DNA of 64,000 nt from an uncultured Candidatus Saccharibacteria bacterium (GTDB lineage: Bacteria > Patescibacteriota > Minisyncoccia > Phycocordibacterales > UBA9973): the NCBI GenBank assembly GCA_964404925.1, contig CAYOLW010000002.1, positions 38,995 to 102,994 on the forward strand. The letters run 5' to 3'. Shown here one piece after another: positions 18,077 through 27,080 of the stretch. Numbering within the stretch: the first letter of the stretch is position 1; the number at the start of each line of letters is the position of its first letter. The notes under the pieces are model-generated. The model did not search any database and was not told the DNA's origin. It worked only from the letters and a program-made list of their open reading frames with translations. The position numbers were made by a program, and so were the translations under genes.

Positions 18077-18952
18077 TTAGCTGCAGGGAGATAACAAAAC
18101 TTTATCCTTACCTTCGTCGTAATCTCTTTGTTTTTTGAATTTTTCTACCGTGCGGGCAAATCTGTCTCCTTGTGTTTTAGACTTTAACTTGTTCACCAAT
18201 CGTCCTAATGTTTCTTGCCAGTCTGCTATCATTATCCCGGGTTCACGCATAATGCTTTTATTAATAGGGAAGTAAAAGACCTCATCTTGCCCAAGTGCCT
18301 CTTGGCAGAATTTAACGTCTTCCTCGTCTGTTATTTTATTTAATACGAAGACATATGGTACTTGATAAAAATCTAAAATTTTGGATATTTGTTTTGCTGT
18401 TTTAGTTCCATGGAGTGAAGCATCTGTCACTATGGCACATACATCTACTCCACTAATTATGCCCGTTGATGCACCGTCTGCGCCGGCTTTTTCATCGAGG
18501 ACTACATACTCATTCTCTGAGAGTTCAAGTAATGGCAGATATACCTTAAGTGGGGCGGATAGGGAATGACTGCAGGCCTTGCCATATAGGACGTCGTCGT
18601 TTTGTGGACCGGCTGCGAGTGCGTATAAACCGTCGGAGAGTTTTGTTATGTGTTGTCCAGTAAAGTCATCGATTTTATCGAGAGTAAAACAAAACCTTTT
18701 TTCTATTGAAGTTAAATCAATTTTTTTATACTGAACATCAGAAGCGATACCCAAATACTCAAAAAGTTCTTGCTTTGCATTTCCTAAATACATCATCTCT
18801 GGCAGGGATCCACGATTCAGGTTATAGATAAAATCTATATTGTGGTCACCATCAATAGCCAAAACATCATTTTTTTGTGCTAAAAAAAGCGCTATCTGGG
18901 TAGAGAGGGTAGACTTACCGACTCCGCCTTTTCCTAATACTCCTATAATCAT
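18077..18952 (-). CDS. ParA/MinD/CooC-family P-loop ATPase
   Basis: Deviant Walker A GVLGKGGVGKSTLS at the N-terminus; 291 aa. Confidence 0.7.
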   Translation of the reverse strand: MIIGVLGKGGVGKSTLSTQIALFLAQKNDVLAIDGDHNIDFIYNLNRGSLPEMMYLGNAKQELFEYLGIASDVQYKKIDLTSIEKRFCFTLDKIDDFTGQHITKLSDGLYALAAGPQNDDVLYGKACSHSLSAPLKVYLPLLELSENEYVVLDEKAGADGASTGIISGVDVCAIVTDASLHGTKTAKQISKILDFYQVPYVFVLNKITDEEDVKFCQEALGQDEVFYFPINKSIMREPGIMIADWQETLGRLVNKLKSKTQGDRFARTVEKFKKQRDYDEGKDKVLLSPCS

Positions 18953-18970
18953 AATTTATATTAAATATTT

Positions 18971-19044
18971 TAGATGCAATTTAGTTGCATCTATTATTAA
19001 TATAGCATACGCCTAATTAAATGCAAGTTTATTGCATTTAATTA
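18971..19044. promoter_or_regulatory. two related palindromes (TAGATGCAA-n5-TTGCATCTA; TAATTAAATGCAA-n5-TTGCATTTAATTA) between the divergent ParA-like gene and fur
   Basis: Perfect 9 bp and 13 bp inverted repeats read directly, sharing the core ATGCAA-n5-TTGCAT. Candidate Fur-family operator sites. Confidence 0.45.
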
Positions 19045-19086
19045 AATGTATTTTACTTTTAGCTTCTAAAGTAATATATTGTTTAT

Positions 19087-19518
19087 ATGAAGTTTGATGC
19101 AAAAAAAGCCGAAGAGTTACTAGAAACATTTGCCCTCAAGAAGACAAAGCCGAGGATTTCTTTGCTTAATTTGTTGCTCAAAGCAAGTTCTCCTTTGTCT
19201 GCTAATTCTATATTCAAAAAACTTGCCAATGATAATCCTGACAAAGTGACGATCTATCGCACACTGGATGCCTTAGAAGAAAGTGGTGTTATAAAAAAAG
19301 TTCACACTGGAGAAAGGGAAGCTAAATACGAGATCAACAACAGCGCTGATGATCATCACCATATAATCTGCTTAAAATGTAAAAAGATTGTTGATTTCAG
19401 TGGCTGTGATGCCGATGGTTTAATTAAAAAGGCCTTAGCTCAAACAAAAGAATTCAAAAATATCACCCACCATTCTTTCGATTTGTTTGGTATTTGCTTG
19501 AAATGTGGAGATAAATAG
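19087..19518 (+). CDS. fur: Fur family transcriptional regulator (Fur/Zur/PerR-like)
   Basis: 143 aa: DNA-binding winged helix, HHHIICLKCKK...CLKCG metal-site motifs. Confidence 0.8.
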   Translation: MKFDAKKAEELLETFALKKTKPRISLLNLLLKASSPLSANSIFKKLANDNPDKVTIYRTLDALEESGVIKKVHTGEREAKYEINNSADDHHHIICLKCKKIVDFSGCDADGLIKKALAQTKEFKNITHHSFDLFGICLKCGDK

Positions 19519-19533
19519 TTTTTCTATATTAGA

Positions 19534-19740
19534 ATGTTAGCTACTTTTTTGTTGGCTGCCCCAATTGTGAATCCTATTATTTTTTTAACTACTTTAGAGG
19601 CTTTTAATATTGATAAAAATATTGCAATTATACGAATCGTATCTGGATATATTATTGCAATTTTGTTAGGAGTAATTATCAGTTTCTATAAAAATCAGAA
19701 TGCTTTACTGAACAAGGATTTTGCGGCAGCTATTAATTGA
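19534..19740 (+). CDS. small membrane protein, possibly a truncated permease remnant
   Basis: 68 aa, two hydrophobic helices; weak call. Confidence 0.3.
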   Translation: MLATFLLAAPIVNPIIFLTTLEAFNIDKNIAIIRIVSGYIIAILLGVIISFYKNQNALLNKDFAAAIN

Positions 19741-19813
19741 TATTAATAATTTTTATATTTGATGTTGTAAAATTTACTTGTTGTTTATTTAATTAGTTGT
19801 ATACTAATAATAG

Positions 19814-22063
19814 ATGTCAAATCAATCAATACCTCAAAAAGTATTTGATGCCGAAGTGAATCAAATTTGCGAGCTAGCTCCTGGTGTGCGCAAAATTACT
19901 CTAAAAATTCAGGAACCCTTTGTTTTTCAAGAAGCCCAATATATATGGTTGGAGCTTGTTTGTAATCCAGCTGATCCAAAAGGTAATCGACGAGCTTTTT
20001 CTATTTTTAATCAAAACAACAAAGACAATATGATTGAAATTGTTGTGCGAGTGAGTGTTAGTTTGTATAAAAAAAAATTATTTAGTTTAAAAATTGGGGA
20101 CAAGGTATTGATTCACGGTCCTTTTGGTAGTACTTTCAAGTTGGACAATATTGAAACACAACCTTGCCCAACTAAAATAGTTTTTATTGCTGGTGGAGTA
20201 GGCATCTCTGTTTTTTGGCCTACTTTGCGAAAAATATCACAAGATAAAATACCAATCTTGTGCCATTTGGTTTATTTAAACAAAGATAGAAAGTCAACTC
20301 CTTTTCTAGTTGAATTAGAAGAGTTTAAAAAACAAAATTCTTTTTTTAATTATAATATTGATTTCGGCTATTTTAATGTCGATGATTTATTAAAAATAAA
20401 TTTTTCTTTGGACGTAGATGTGGAGTGGTGGATTTCGGGTCCGCAGGGGATGGTAAATCATGTTTTTGGTGAATTAATTAAACAAAAGTTTTCTAAAAGA
20501 AAAATGCGATTTGAAAATTATTATCCCAACGACCCTAACTCTTTGACTTTTGATAAAATTAATCAATTACTTGAATCTACTGAAAGTAATATCTTTGTTC
20601 AAGCTATTCAAAATTCAACTAACCATACGGTTATAACCGATCCGGATGGCAAAATTTTGTTTGCTAACAAAGCTACTTTAAATATCACTCAATTTTCAGC
20701 TGATGAATTAATTGGACAAACTCCTAGAATTTGGGGTGGAATGATGGATGTAGATTTTTATAAATCTTTTTGGGGGAAGATTAAATCTGGTCAACGTTTT
20801 CAGGGTGAAGTTTTAAATCGTAGAAAATCTGGTCAATATTATAATGCAATTGCACACATTAATCCTATTTTAAATCACAATAAAGATATTGTTGGTTATA
20901 TTGGCACCGAAGAAGATGTCAGTTATATTCGAGAACAGGAAAAGCAGGCTACTTTGTATAAAAATCGTTTAGAGATGGCAACTCAATCTGCTAATTTGGG
21001 GGTTTGGGAGTGGAATTTGATAAAAAAGGAAATTGTTTGGAACGATAATATGTATCAAATATATGGTTTAATGAAAGATTCTTTTGAATTAACCGATAAT
21101 AATTGGCGTAATTGCATACATGTTGACGATGTAGAGATGCGAGATAAAAATATAAATGCGTTGATTGAAAAAAAAGAGTCTGTTCCTATTGATTTTCGTA
21201 TAAATTTAAAAAACGGTAAAATTCGTTATATTCGTTCTTATGCTTTATGTGAAAAAAATAGTAATAATCAAATAGAGAAGTTGATTGGTGTTAATTTAGA
21301 TATCACTAGAGAGAGGGAAGTTGATAAAGTCAAAACGGAGTTTGTCTCGTTGGCTTCACACCAATTACGTACACCATTATCAATTATCAATTGGTATACA
21401 GAAACTTTGTTAAGTAAAAAGATTGGTAGTATTAATACTAATCAAGAAAAATATTTGTCCGAAATATATAAAAATAGTCAAAAAATGACTAGTTTATTGA
21501 ATGCCTTACTAGATATTTCTCGCTTAGATTTAGGCACTCTTGTTGTTGAAACGAAACAAATCGATATTTGTATTCTTATACAAGAATGTTTAAAGGATTT
21601 GCAATATATCTTTTTATCTAAAGATATTCATCTTGTAGAAAAATACGAAATAAAAAAATTTATCTGCCTACTAGATGAAAATATTTTTCGTATTATTGTG
21701 CAAAATATTTTATCTAATGCTGTAAAATATTCAAAAAATAATAGTAAAATTTTAGTTAAAATCAAAAAAAATAATCCCGGTGAAATCTTGGGTGGTCGGA
21801 AGATAAACTCTAAAAGTATTTCAATTACCGTTGAAGATCATGGTATCGGTATTGCTAAAAAAGATGAACAAAAGGTTTTTTCTAAGCTTTTCAGAGCAGA
21901 AAATGCAAAAAAATATTCAACCGAAGGAACTGGCTTGGGTTTGTATTTAGTTAAATCAGTGGTGGAACATTCTGGTGGAATGGTCTGGTTTGAATCTACG
22001 GAGGGATTAGGAACAATTTTTTATATTGTTTATCCAGAAACAGGAATGCGATCGATAAAATAA
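19814..22063 (+). CDS. sensor histidine kinase with N-terminal ferredoxin-NADP-reductase-like FAD/NAD(P)-binding module, two PAS domains, HisKA and HATPase_c
   Basis: FNR-type motifs RAFSI (RxYS), GPFG, FIAGGVGISVFWP, ISGPQGM. PAS region follows. H-box FVSLASHQLRTPLS; G-boxes DHGIGI and GTGLGL. Confidence 0.75.
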   Translation: MSNQSIPQKVFDAEVNQICELAPGVRKITLKIQEPFVFQEAQYIWLELVCNPADPKGNRRAFSIFNQNNKDNMIEIVVRVSVSLYKKKLFSLKIGDKVLIHGPFGSTFKLDNIETQPCPTKIVFIAGGVGISVFWPTLRKISQDKIPILCHLVYLNKDRKSTPFLVELEEFKKQNSFFNYNIDFGYFNVDDLLKINFSLDVDVEWWISGPQGMVNHVFGELIKQKFSKRKMRFENYYPNDPNSLTFDKINQLLESTESNIFVQAIQNSTNHTVITDPDGKILFANKATLNITQFSADELIGQTPRIWGGMMDVDFYKSFWGKIKSGQRFQGEVLNRRKSGQYYNAIAHINPILNHNKDIVGYIGTEEDVSYIREQEKQATLYKNRLEMATQSANLGVWEWNLIKKEIVWNDNMYQIYGLMKDSFELTDNNWRNCIHVDDVEMRDKNINALIEKKESVPIDFRINLKNGKIRYIRSYALCEKNSNNQIEKLIGVNLDITREREVDKVKTEFVSLASHQLRTPLSIINWYTETLLSKKIGSINTNQEKYLSEIYKNSQKMTSLLNALLDISRLDLGTLVVETKQIDICILIQECLKDLQYIFLSKDIHLVEKYEIKKFICLLDENIFRIIVQNILSNAVKYSKNNSKILVKIKKNNPGEILGGRKINSKSISITVEDHGIGIAKKDEQKVFSKLFRAENAKKYSTEGTGLGLYLVKSVVEHSGGMVWFESTEGLGTIFYIVYPETGMRSIK

Positions 22064-22103
22064 TTTAGGTCGAGATTATAAATTTTTAAAATTTAAATAA
22101 AAT

Positions 22104-22475
22104 ATGAACAAAAAAGTTTTGGTTATTGAAGATGAAACAAGTTTAAGGTTTTTATTGTGCGAACGTTTAAGTTCTGAAAATTTTCAAATTTTTTCAGCCA
22201 GTAATGGGGTGGATGGTCTGTCTTTGGCTTTACAGGAAAAACCGAACCTAATTTTATTAGACATAATGATGCCAGGTATAGACGGTAACCATGTTTTAGA
22301 AGAGATCCGAAAAAATGATTGGGGTAAAAAAGCTCATGTTATAATATTAACTAATTTAAACACTAGTGAAGAGTTGGCCAAAGCTTTAGAACTAGAAGCT
22401 TTTGAATTTTATGTTAAATCTAATATCAAGATAGAAGATTTAATGCAAAAGATTATTCAATACTTAAAAAAATAA
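22104..22475 (+). CDS. single-domain response regulator (CheY-like receiver)
   Basis: VLVIEDE...LLDIMMPGIDG...K; 123 aa, no output domain. Confidence 0.8.
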   Translation: MNKKVLVIEDETSLRFLLCERLSSENFQIFSASNGVDGLSLALQEKPNLILLDIMMPGIDGNHVLEEIRKNDWGKKAHVIILTNLNTSEELAKALELEAFEFYVKSNIKIEDLMQKIIQYLKK

Positions 22476-22477
22476 CT

Positions 22478-23404
22478 TTATTTTGTGTGCAAATTTAAAT
22501 AAATGTCTTCTAGTGCGCGGACTGCGTCGCCAGCTGCGATGTTGTTCTGGTGATATAGTACATTCGTACAGTCACCAGCTGCCCAGATACCTGGTGTTTC
22601 AGTTTTACCTGTCCATGGATCAATCTTGATTTGGCCCATTTCATTTAGTGGAACTATGTCTTTGGCGTAGCCTGTGTTTGGAATTTGGCCTATCTCGACA
22701 AAGATTCCTGAAACTTTTAAATCATTCATTTCACCAGTTTCTTTATTTTTAAATTTGATTCCATCGACAAATTTTTCTCCGGTTACTTCCAGTATATCTA
22801 CGTTCTTGATTGCTTTAAATTTAGGATTTTTAGATAGTTTTTCTACTGTCACTTCATCAGCTCTGAATGTGTCGCTGCGGTGTAGTAAAGTCACAGATTT
22901 ACAATATGCCAGTAGTTGTGCAGCCGACTCGAATCCAGCATTACCCCCACCAATAACCACCACATCCATATCAGAAAAAAGAGGTCCATCACAAGATGCA
23001 CAGTAGGTGAGTCCTTTGTGTTCCAGCCTGTCGGCACCTATGGCTTCGAGCTTTCTGCGTCCTGAACCAGAAGAAATAAGCACGGTCTTGGATTCGTGTG
23101 TTTTGCCACCTTCGGTTGTGATTATAAAAGTCTCGTTTTCTTTTTTTATAGCGACGACTTTTTCACCTTCGGCTACTTGTAGATCTTGGCCGACGTTTGC
23201 CATTACATGTTGTTTAAAATTAGTCGCTAGCTCGTGTCCTGGAATTTCAACAGATCCAATCCAGTTATAAATCTTTTCAGAAACTATACTTTGTCCACCC
23301 CATTCAGCTAATATTAGTAGTGTTTTTAATCTTTTGCGGGCAGCATACACAGCCGCAGCAGTGCCAGCCGGTCCACCGCCAATAATTATTAAATCGTATA
23401 TCAT
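22478..23404 (-). CDS. trxB: thioredoxin-disulfide reductase
   Basis: FAD motif IIGGGPAGTAAAVYAAR, redox-active CASCDG, NADPH motif VVIGGGNAG. Confidence 0.9.
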   Translation of the reverse strand: MIYDLIIIGGGPAGTAAAVYAARKRLKTLLILAEWGGQSIVSEKIYNWIGSVEIPGHELATNFKQHVMANVGQDLQVAEGEKVVAIKKENETFIITTEGGKTHESKTVLISSGSGRRKLEAIGADRLEHKGLTYCASCDGPLFSDMDVVVIGGGNAGFESAAQLLAYCKSVTLLHRSDTFRADEVTVEKLSKNPKFKAIKNVDILEVTGEKFVDGIKFKNKETGEMNDLKVSGIFVEIGQIPNTGYAKDIVPLNEMGQIKIDPWTGKTETPGIWAAGDCTNVLYHQNNIAAGDAVRALEDIYLNLHTK

Positions 23405-23432
23405 TTTTATATTATAACAGAAGAGTCAAGAA

Positions 23433-24665
23433 TTATTTCTTTCGTCTTAGGAAGGCTGGCACTGCACTCCAGTCATCAGCTTCATCGTCAATTATTATTT
23501 CTTCTGGTTCTTGTTTTTTTTCTACTCGTTTCACCATGTAGTCGTTGTTTGGTAGAGGTGTGCTGGGCACGCTAGGGATTGTATTATTCGAGGTATTATT
23601 TGAAATAATTGTATTAACCTCTTTCTTTATTTGCGGTACAGTTTCTTCTTTAGCTGGAGTTGCTGGTACTGGGTTTGGAGTACTAGCAAACAGGCTTTTC
23701 CTTGGTATGTCAGTAGGGAAGTTGGTAGCAATAACGGTTACTTTTAATTCACCTTTCTTTAGTTTATCGTCTAAGATTGTACCAAAGATAACCTTGGCAT
23801 CTTTGTCGATAGATTCAGTAATGATTTTAGCAGCTTCTTGGATTTCTTGGATAGTAATGTCTTCACCTCCAGATATTGCAAATAGTACACCCTTGGCACC
23901 GTGAATTGATACTTCAAGTAGAGGGGAATTGATAGCTTGGTTTGCGGCGATACTAGCGCGGTTCTCACCGGATGCTAATCCAATACCCATAAGTGCACTA
24001 CCAGCGTCAGACATAACAGCCTTAATGTCGGCAAAGTCAACGTTGATTATACCTGGAGTGGTGATTAGATCTGAGATTCCTTCGACGGCCTGGCGCAGTA
24101 CATTGTCACAAGAAGCAAAAGCATCTTTGAAGTTAGTATTTCGATCAGAAAGTTGGAGTAGTTTATCGTTTGGAATTATGATGATTGCATCAACTTCTTT
24201 AGCTAATTCTTCGATTCCTCTTTCAGCGATTTTGCCTCGGTGTTGACCTTCAAAGAAGAATGGCTTGGTGACAACACCCACGGTCAATATGCCTTGTTCT
24301 CGAGCAATGCGAGCCACCACAGGGGCTGCTCCAGTGCCAGTACCACCACCCATTCCACATGCGATGAATAGCATATCTGCACCCTTGATTACGTCTTGGA
24401 TTTCAGCTTTGGTTTCTTCGGCAGCTTTTTTACCCACATCAGGATTCATTCCAGCTCCGAGACCTTTTGTTAGGTTTTTACCAATGTGAATTTTCTTGTC
24501 TGCTAATGAGTTGTGCAGGTCTTGAGTATCTGTGTTCATGCAGATAAAGGAAACACCCTTTACCTTTGAATTGATCATGTGGTTAACTGCGTTCTTGCCT
24601 GAGCCACCTACTCCGACAACTATTATTCGAGCAAAGCTCTCTATTTCTGGGTTTACCTTGGGCAT
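23433..24665 (-). CDS. ftsZ: cell division GTPase FtsZ
   Basis: GVGGSGKNAV, tubulin signature GGGTGTGAAP, and a C-terminal conserved tail DDWSAVPAFLRR. Confidence 0.95.
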   Translation of the reverse strand: MPKVNPEIESFARIIVVGVGGSGKNAVNHMINSKVKGVSFICMNTDTQDLHNSLADKKIHIGKNLTKGLGAGMNPDVGKKAAEETKAEIQDVIKGADMLFIACGMGGGTGTGAAPVVARIAREQGILTVGVVTKPFFFEGQHRGKIAERGIEELAKEVDAIIIIPNDKLLQLSDRNTNFKDAFASCDNVLRQAVEGISDLITTPGIINVDFADIKAVMSDAGSALMGIGLASGENRASIAANQAINSPLLEVSIHGAKGVLFAISGGEDITIQEIQEAAKIITESIDKDAKVIFGTILDDKLKKGELKVTVIATNFPTDIPRKSLFASTPNPVPATPAKEETVPQIKKEVNTIISNNTSNNTIPSVPSTPLPNNDYMVKRVEKKQEPEEIIIDDEADDWSAVPAFLRRKK

Positions 24666-24781
24666 ATTTGTCTTGCCATTTATCGTTTTTTAGCGATTCT
24701 GGTCCTGTGTTTAATTAATTAGTATGTGGACACTATAGCAAAAAAATAAGGGTCTGCCAAGCTGTCAAAATCTTAAATTCT

Positions 24782-25942
24782 TTAGGGTAGCAACTGTTTA
24801 ATATTAGATTTTACAATACTTTTTAGGTTGTGCCAGAATGATTCTAGCGAGTTGGAAGCAATCATGTTTTCTCCTTTTTCAACGGTCAGTAATCCAAGCA
24901 CTGACAACCAGGCTGCATCACGGAGTTTGGTCTTGGTATTACCAAAAACTTCTGAAGCACCAACCTTGGCAGGAAGTTTTAAGAAATTACGAGCGGACTC
25001 AGCAATTCCATTTAAATTTGCACCAGCCCCAATCAGAACTATTCCTGCTGGTAGAAGTTCGTTTCTTTTTATTTTCTTTAAATGGTTTTCTATGAGTTCA
25101 AAAATATCCGACAGTCGCGCGTCGATTATTTCATCAACTTTTTTCTTTGGGTGTTTGTTTGTAACATTGCCTAGTTTTACATTCTCAGCTTCTTCTAAAG
25201 TTATTTTAAGTCCGAGGGCTATGTCATTAGTTATATCATTTGATCCAATCGGCAGGGTGTGCAGATAGATGAGTGTTTCATTTTCAAATACTGCCATGGA
25301 TACAGTCTCTGCACCAATATCTACTAATAGCGAGCCAGCCATTTTTTGTTTTTTAGAAAGAGTGAGTGCACTGGCAGCTACGATACTTGGCACAATGCCT
25401 ATTGTTTCAATTCCTGCATCAGCTACTGCTGATAGTAAGTTTTCAAAATGTTGAGTATGAGTAGTGGCAAAAAGCGCCCGAATTTCGAGCTTGTTACCAT
25501 GCATACCTTCTGGGCGACCGAAAACCTCCTTACTATCGAGCTTGTATGCAATAGGGAACATCTGGAGAATCTTTTTGTTTCCCAGGCTTAATCCTTCTTC
25601 TGCATTTTCAAATGCATTTTTCACATCGAGAGATGTAACCTCGCTATCTGCCTTTGATATAATGGTTGTACCATTAGCGATATCTCCGTGCAGAGTCATG
25701 TTGTTTATACCGAGGTATGCACGACGAATTTTAACACCAGAGGTTTTTTCGGCTTGCTCGACTGCTATCTTTATAGAATTAGTTGCGTCTTCTTCGGATA
25801 CTACATAGCCACGACGCATGCCAACAGCGGGCGCTTCACCTGCGCCGATTATCTTCGGTTCTTTTTCTCCTTTTTGAAACTCGCCGACTACCACTCGCAC
25901 TGTCGAGGAGCCTACTTCTATTCCCACCGAAATATTTCGCAT
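24782..25942 (-). CDS. ftsA: cell division protein FtsA
   Basis: Actin-like ATPase; N-terminus ISVGIEVGSSTVRVVVGE is typical of FtsA; immediately upstream of ftsZ. Confidence 0.9.
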   Translation of the reverse strand: MRNISVGIEVGSSTVRVVVGEFQKGEKEPKIIGAGEAPAVGMRRGYVVSEEDATNSIKIAVEQAEKTSGVKIRRAYLGINNMTLHGDIANGTTIISKADSEVTSLDVKNAFENAEEGLSLGNKKILQMFPIAYKLDSKEVFGRPEGMHGNKLEIRALFATTHTQHFENLLSAVADAGIETIGIVPSIVAASALTLSKKQKMAGSLLVDIGAETVSMAVFENETLIYLHTLPIGSNDITNDIALGLKITLEEAENVKLGNVTNKHPKKKVDEIIDARLSDIFELIENHLKKIKRNELLPAGIVLIGAGANLNGIAESARNFLKLPAKVGASEVFGNTKTKLRDAAWLSVLGLLTVEKGENMIASNSLESFWHNLKSIVKSNIKQLLP

Positions 25943-26336
25943 AATATTTTTCTTCTAGTCTTTCCATTATACTGCCATGGTCCAATCCTTTCAAATGCAG
26001 CATTCCGTGGATAACTAAAAATCCAGTAAATTCAAAAAATTTTTTTTCAAAAAGTTTATGTTCACGTCTAATAACTTTTGGGCAGAGGATAAGTTCTCCA
26101 GAATTTTTGCTCAAAGCAAATGATAACACATTTGTGGGATAATCTTTTTCTCTGTGTTTGAAATTTATTTTTCTTGAAGTTCCTTCATCTACGAAAGCCA
26201 CAGACAATTCATACTTTTTACCCAGTATGTCTATACACAAATCAGAAAAAGGTAAGTCTCGCAACTTACCTAAATTACCGCTAACTGTGACAGATGTCAG
26301 GTTATCTAATTTTTCCAAGCTTTCGGAGTTTTTCAA
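25836..26336 (-). CDS. ybeY: rRNA maturation endoribonuclease YbeY
   Basis: DYPTNVLSF and the metal site HGMLHLKGLDH. The 3' end overlaps the ftsA start by about 107 nt and its last 35 codons are Arg/Ser-rich, so the true stop may be affected by a frameshift. Confidence 0.75.
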   Translation of the reverse strand: MKNSESLEKLDNLTSVTVSGNLGKLRDLPFSDLCIDILGKKYELSVAFVDEGTSRKINFKHREKDYPTNVLSFALSKNSGELILCPKVIRREHKLFEKKFFEFTGFLVIHGMLHLKGLDHGSIMERLEEKYYAKYFGGNRSRLLDSASGSRRVSKRRKRTEDNRRR

Positions 26337-26529
26337 TTTGTGTCCGTCTTACAATGCGCTTCAAAGTACTCTTTTTTACTTTCAACTTTGATTCTTTGCG
26401 TTCGTTATAGCGCTTCGACTTAACTTTTTGAATGATAGAACCCTCCTGAACCTTACGTGAAAATCGGCGCAAAAGACTTGCGTTGTTTTCGTTCGGGTTC
26501 TTTTTAATTTCCACGACTGTTTTTGCCAT
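26302..26529 (-). CDS. rpsU: 30S ribosomal protein S21
   Basis: 75 aa basic protein; LLRRFSRKVQEGSI...ERK resembles the bS21 core. Confidence 0.65.
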   Translation of the reverse strand: MAKTVVEIKKNPNENNASLLRRFSRKVQEGSIIQKVKSKRYNERKESKLKVKKSTLKRIVRRTQIEKLRKLGKIR

Positions 26530-26605
26530 ATGGCATACAGAATAGCATATATTTAGTATAAGGCAAGCCCCTCCTGTTTACTTTTGGTTAAAAAAAAGTT
26601 AGCAT

Positions 26606-27079
26606 TTGCAAATGGGAAAAGATTATATCACTGAGGATAAAAGAAAAGAACTAGAAGAGGAGTTAAAGGATTTGTCTGGTCCGAAACGCAAAGAGATTCT
26701 AGAGGTACTTTCGTATGCCAAGTCATTAGGAGATTTGAAAGAAAATGCTGAATACCATCAGGCTCGAGATGACCAGGCTAAAAACGAAGACCGAATTAAG
26801 ACTATTGAACATATATTACGTCATTCTGAGGTTGTGCAAGCTGGATCTTCTAATAATACCATTGTAAGCATCGGCTCGGTTGTAACAGTGCGAAAGGTTG
26901 GCGAATCTAATGAAACGACCTATATCGTTGTGGGCTCAGAAGAATCTGATATGGTTTCTGGTAAGGTTTCAAATAAATCACCTCTAGGTGGTGCTTTATT
27001 TGATAAAAAGGTTGGGGATGTAGCTATCGTTACTACACCCAAAGGTAGTATTAATTATGAAATTTTAAAAATTAATTAA
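26606..27079 (+). CDS. greA: transcription elongation factor GreA
   Basis: N-terminal coiled coil with LKENAEYHQARDDQ; C-terminal FKBP-like domain. Confidence 0.9.
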   Translation: MQMGKDYITEDKRKELEEELKDLSGPKRKEILEVLSYAKSLGDLKENAEYHQARDDQAKNEDRIKTIEHILRHSEVVQAGSSNNTIVSIGSVVTVRKVGESNETTYIVVGSEESDMVSGKVSNKSPLGGALFDKKVGDVAIVTTPKGSINYEILKIN

Positions 27080-27080
27080 T

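Noticed and set aside
23545-24489. Plus-strand ORFs inside ftsZ (23545..23904, 23929..24246, 24265..24489) and similar antisense ORFs inside ftsA, trxB, gdhA, the HlyD gene and lysS
   Set aside because: Shadow ORFs antisense to strongly supported genes, with low-complexity Ser/Pro/Ala-rich translations typical of non-coding frames.
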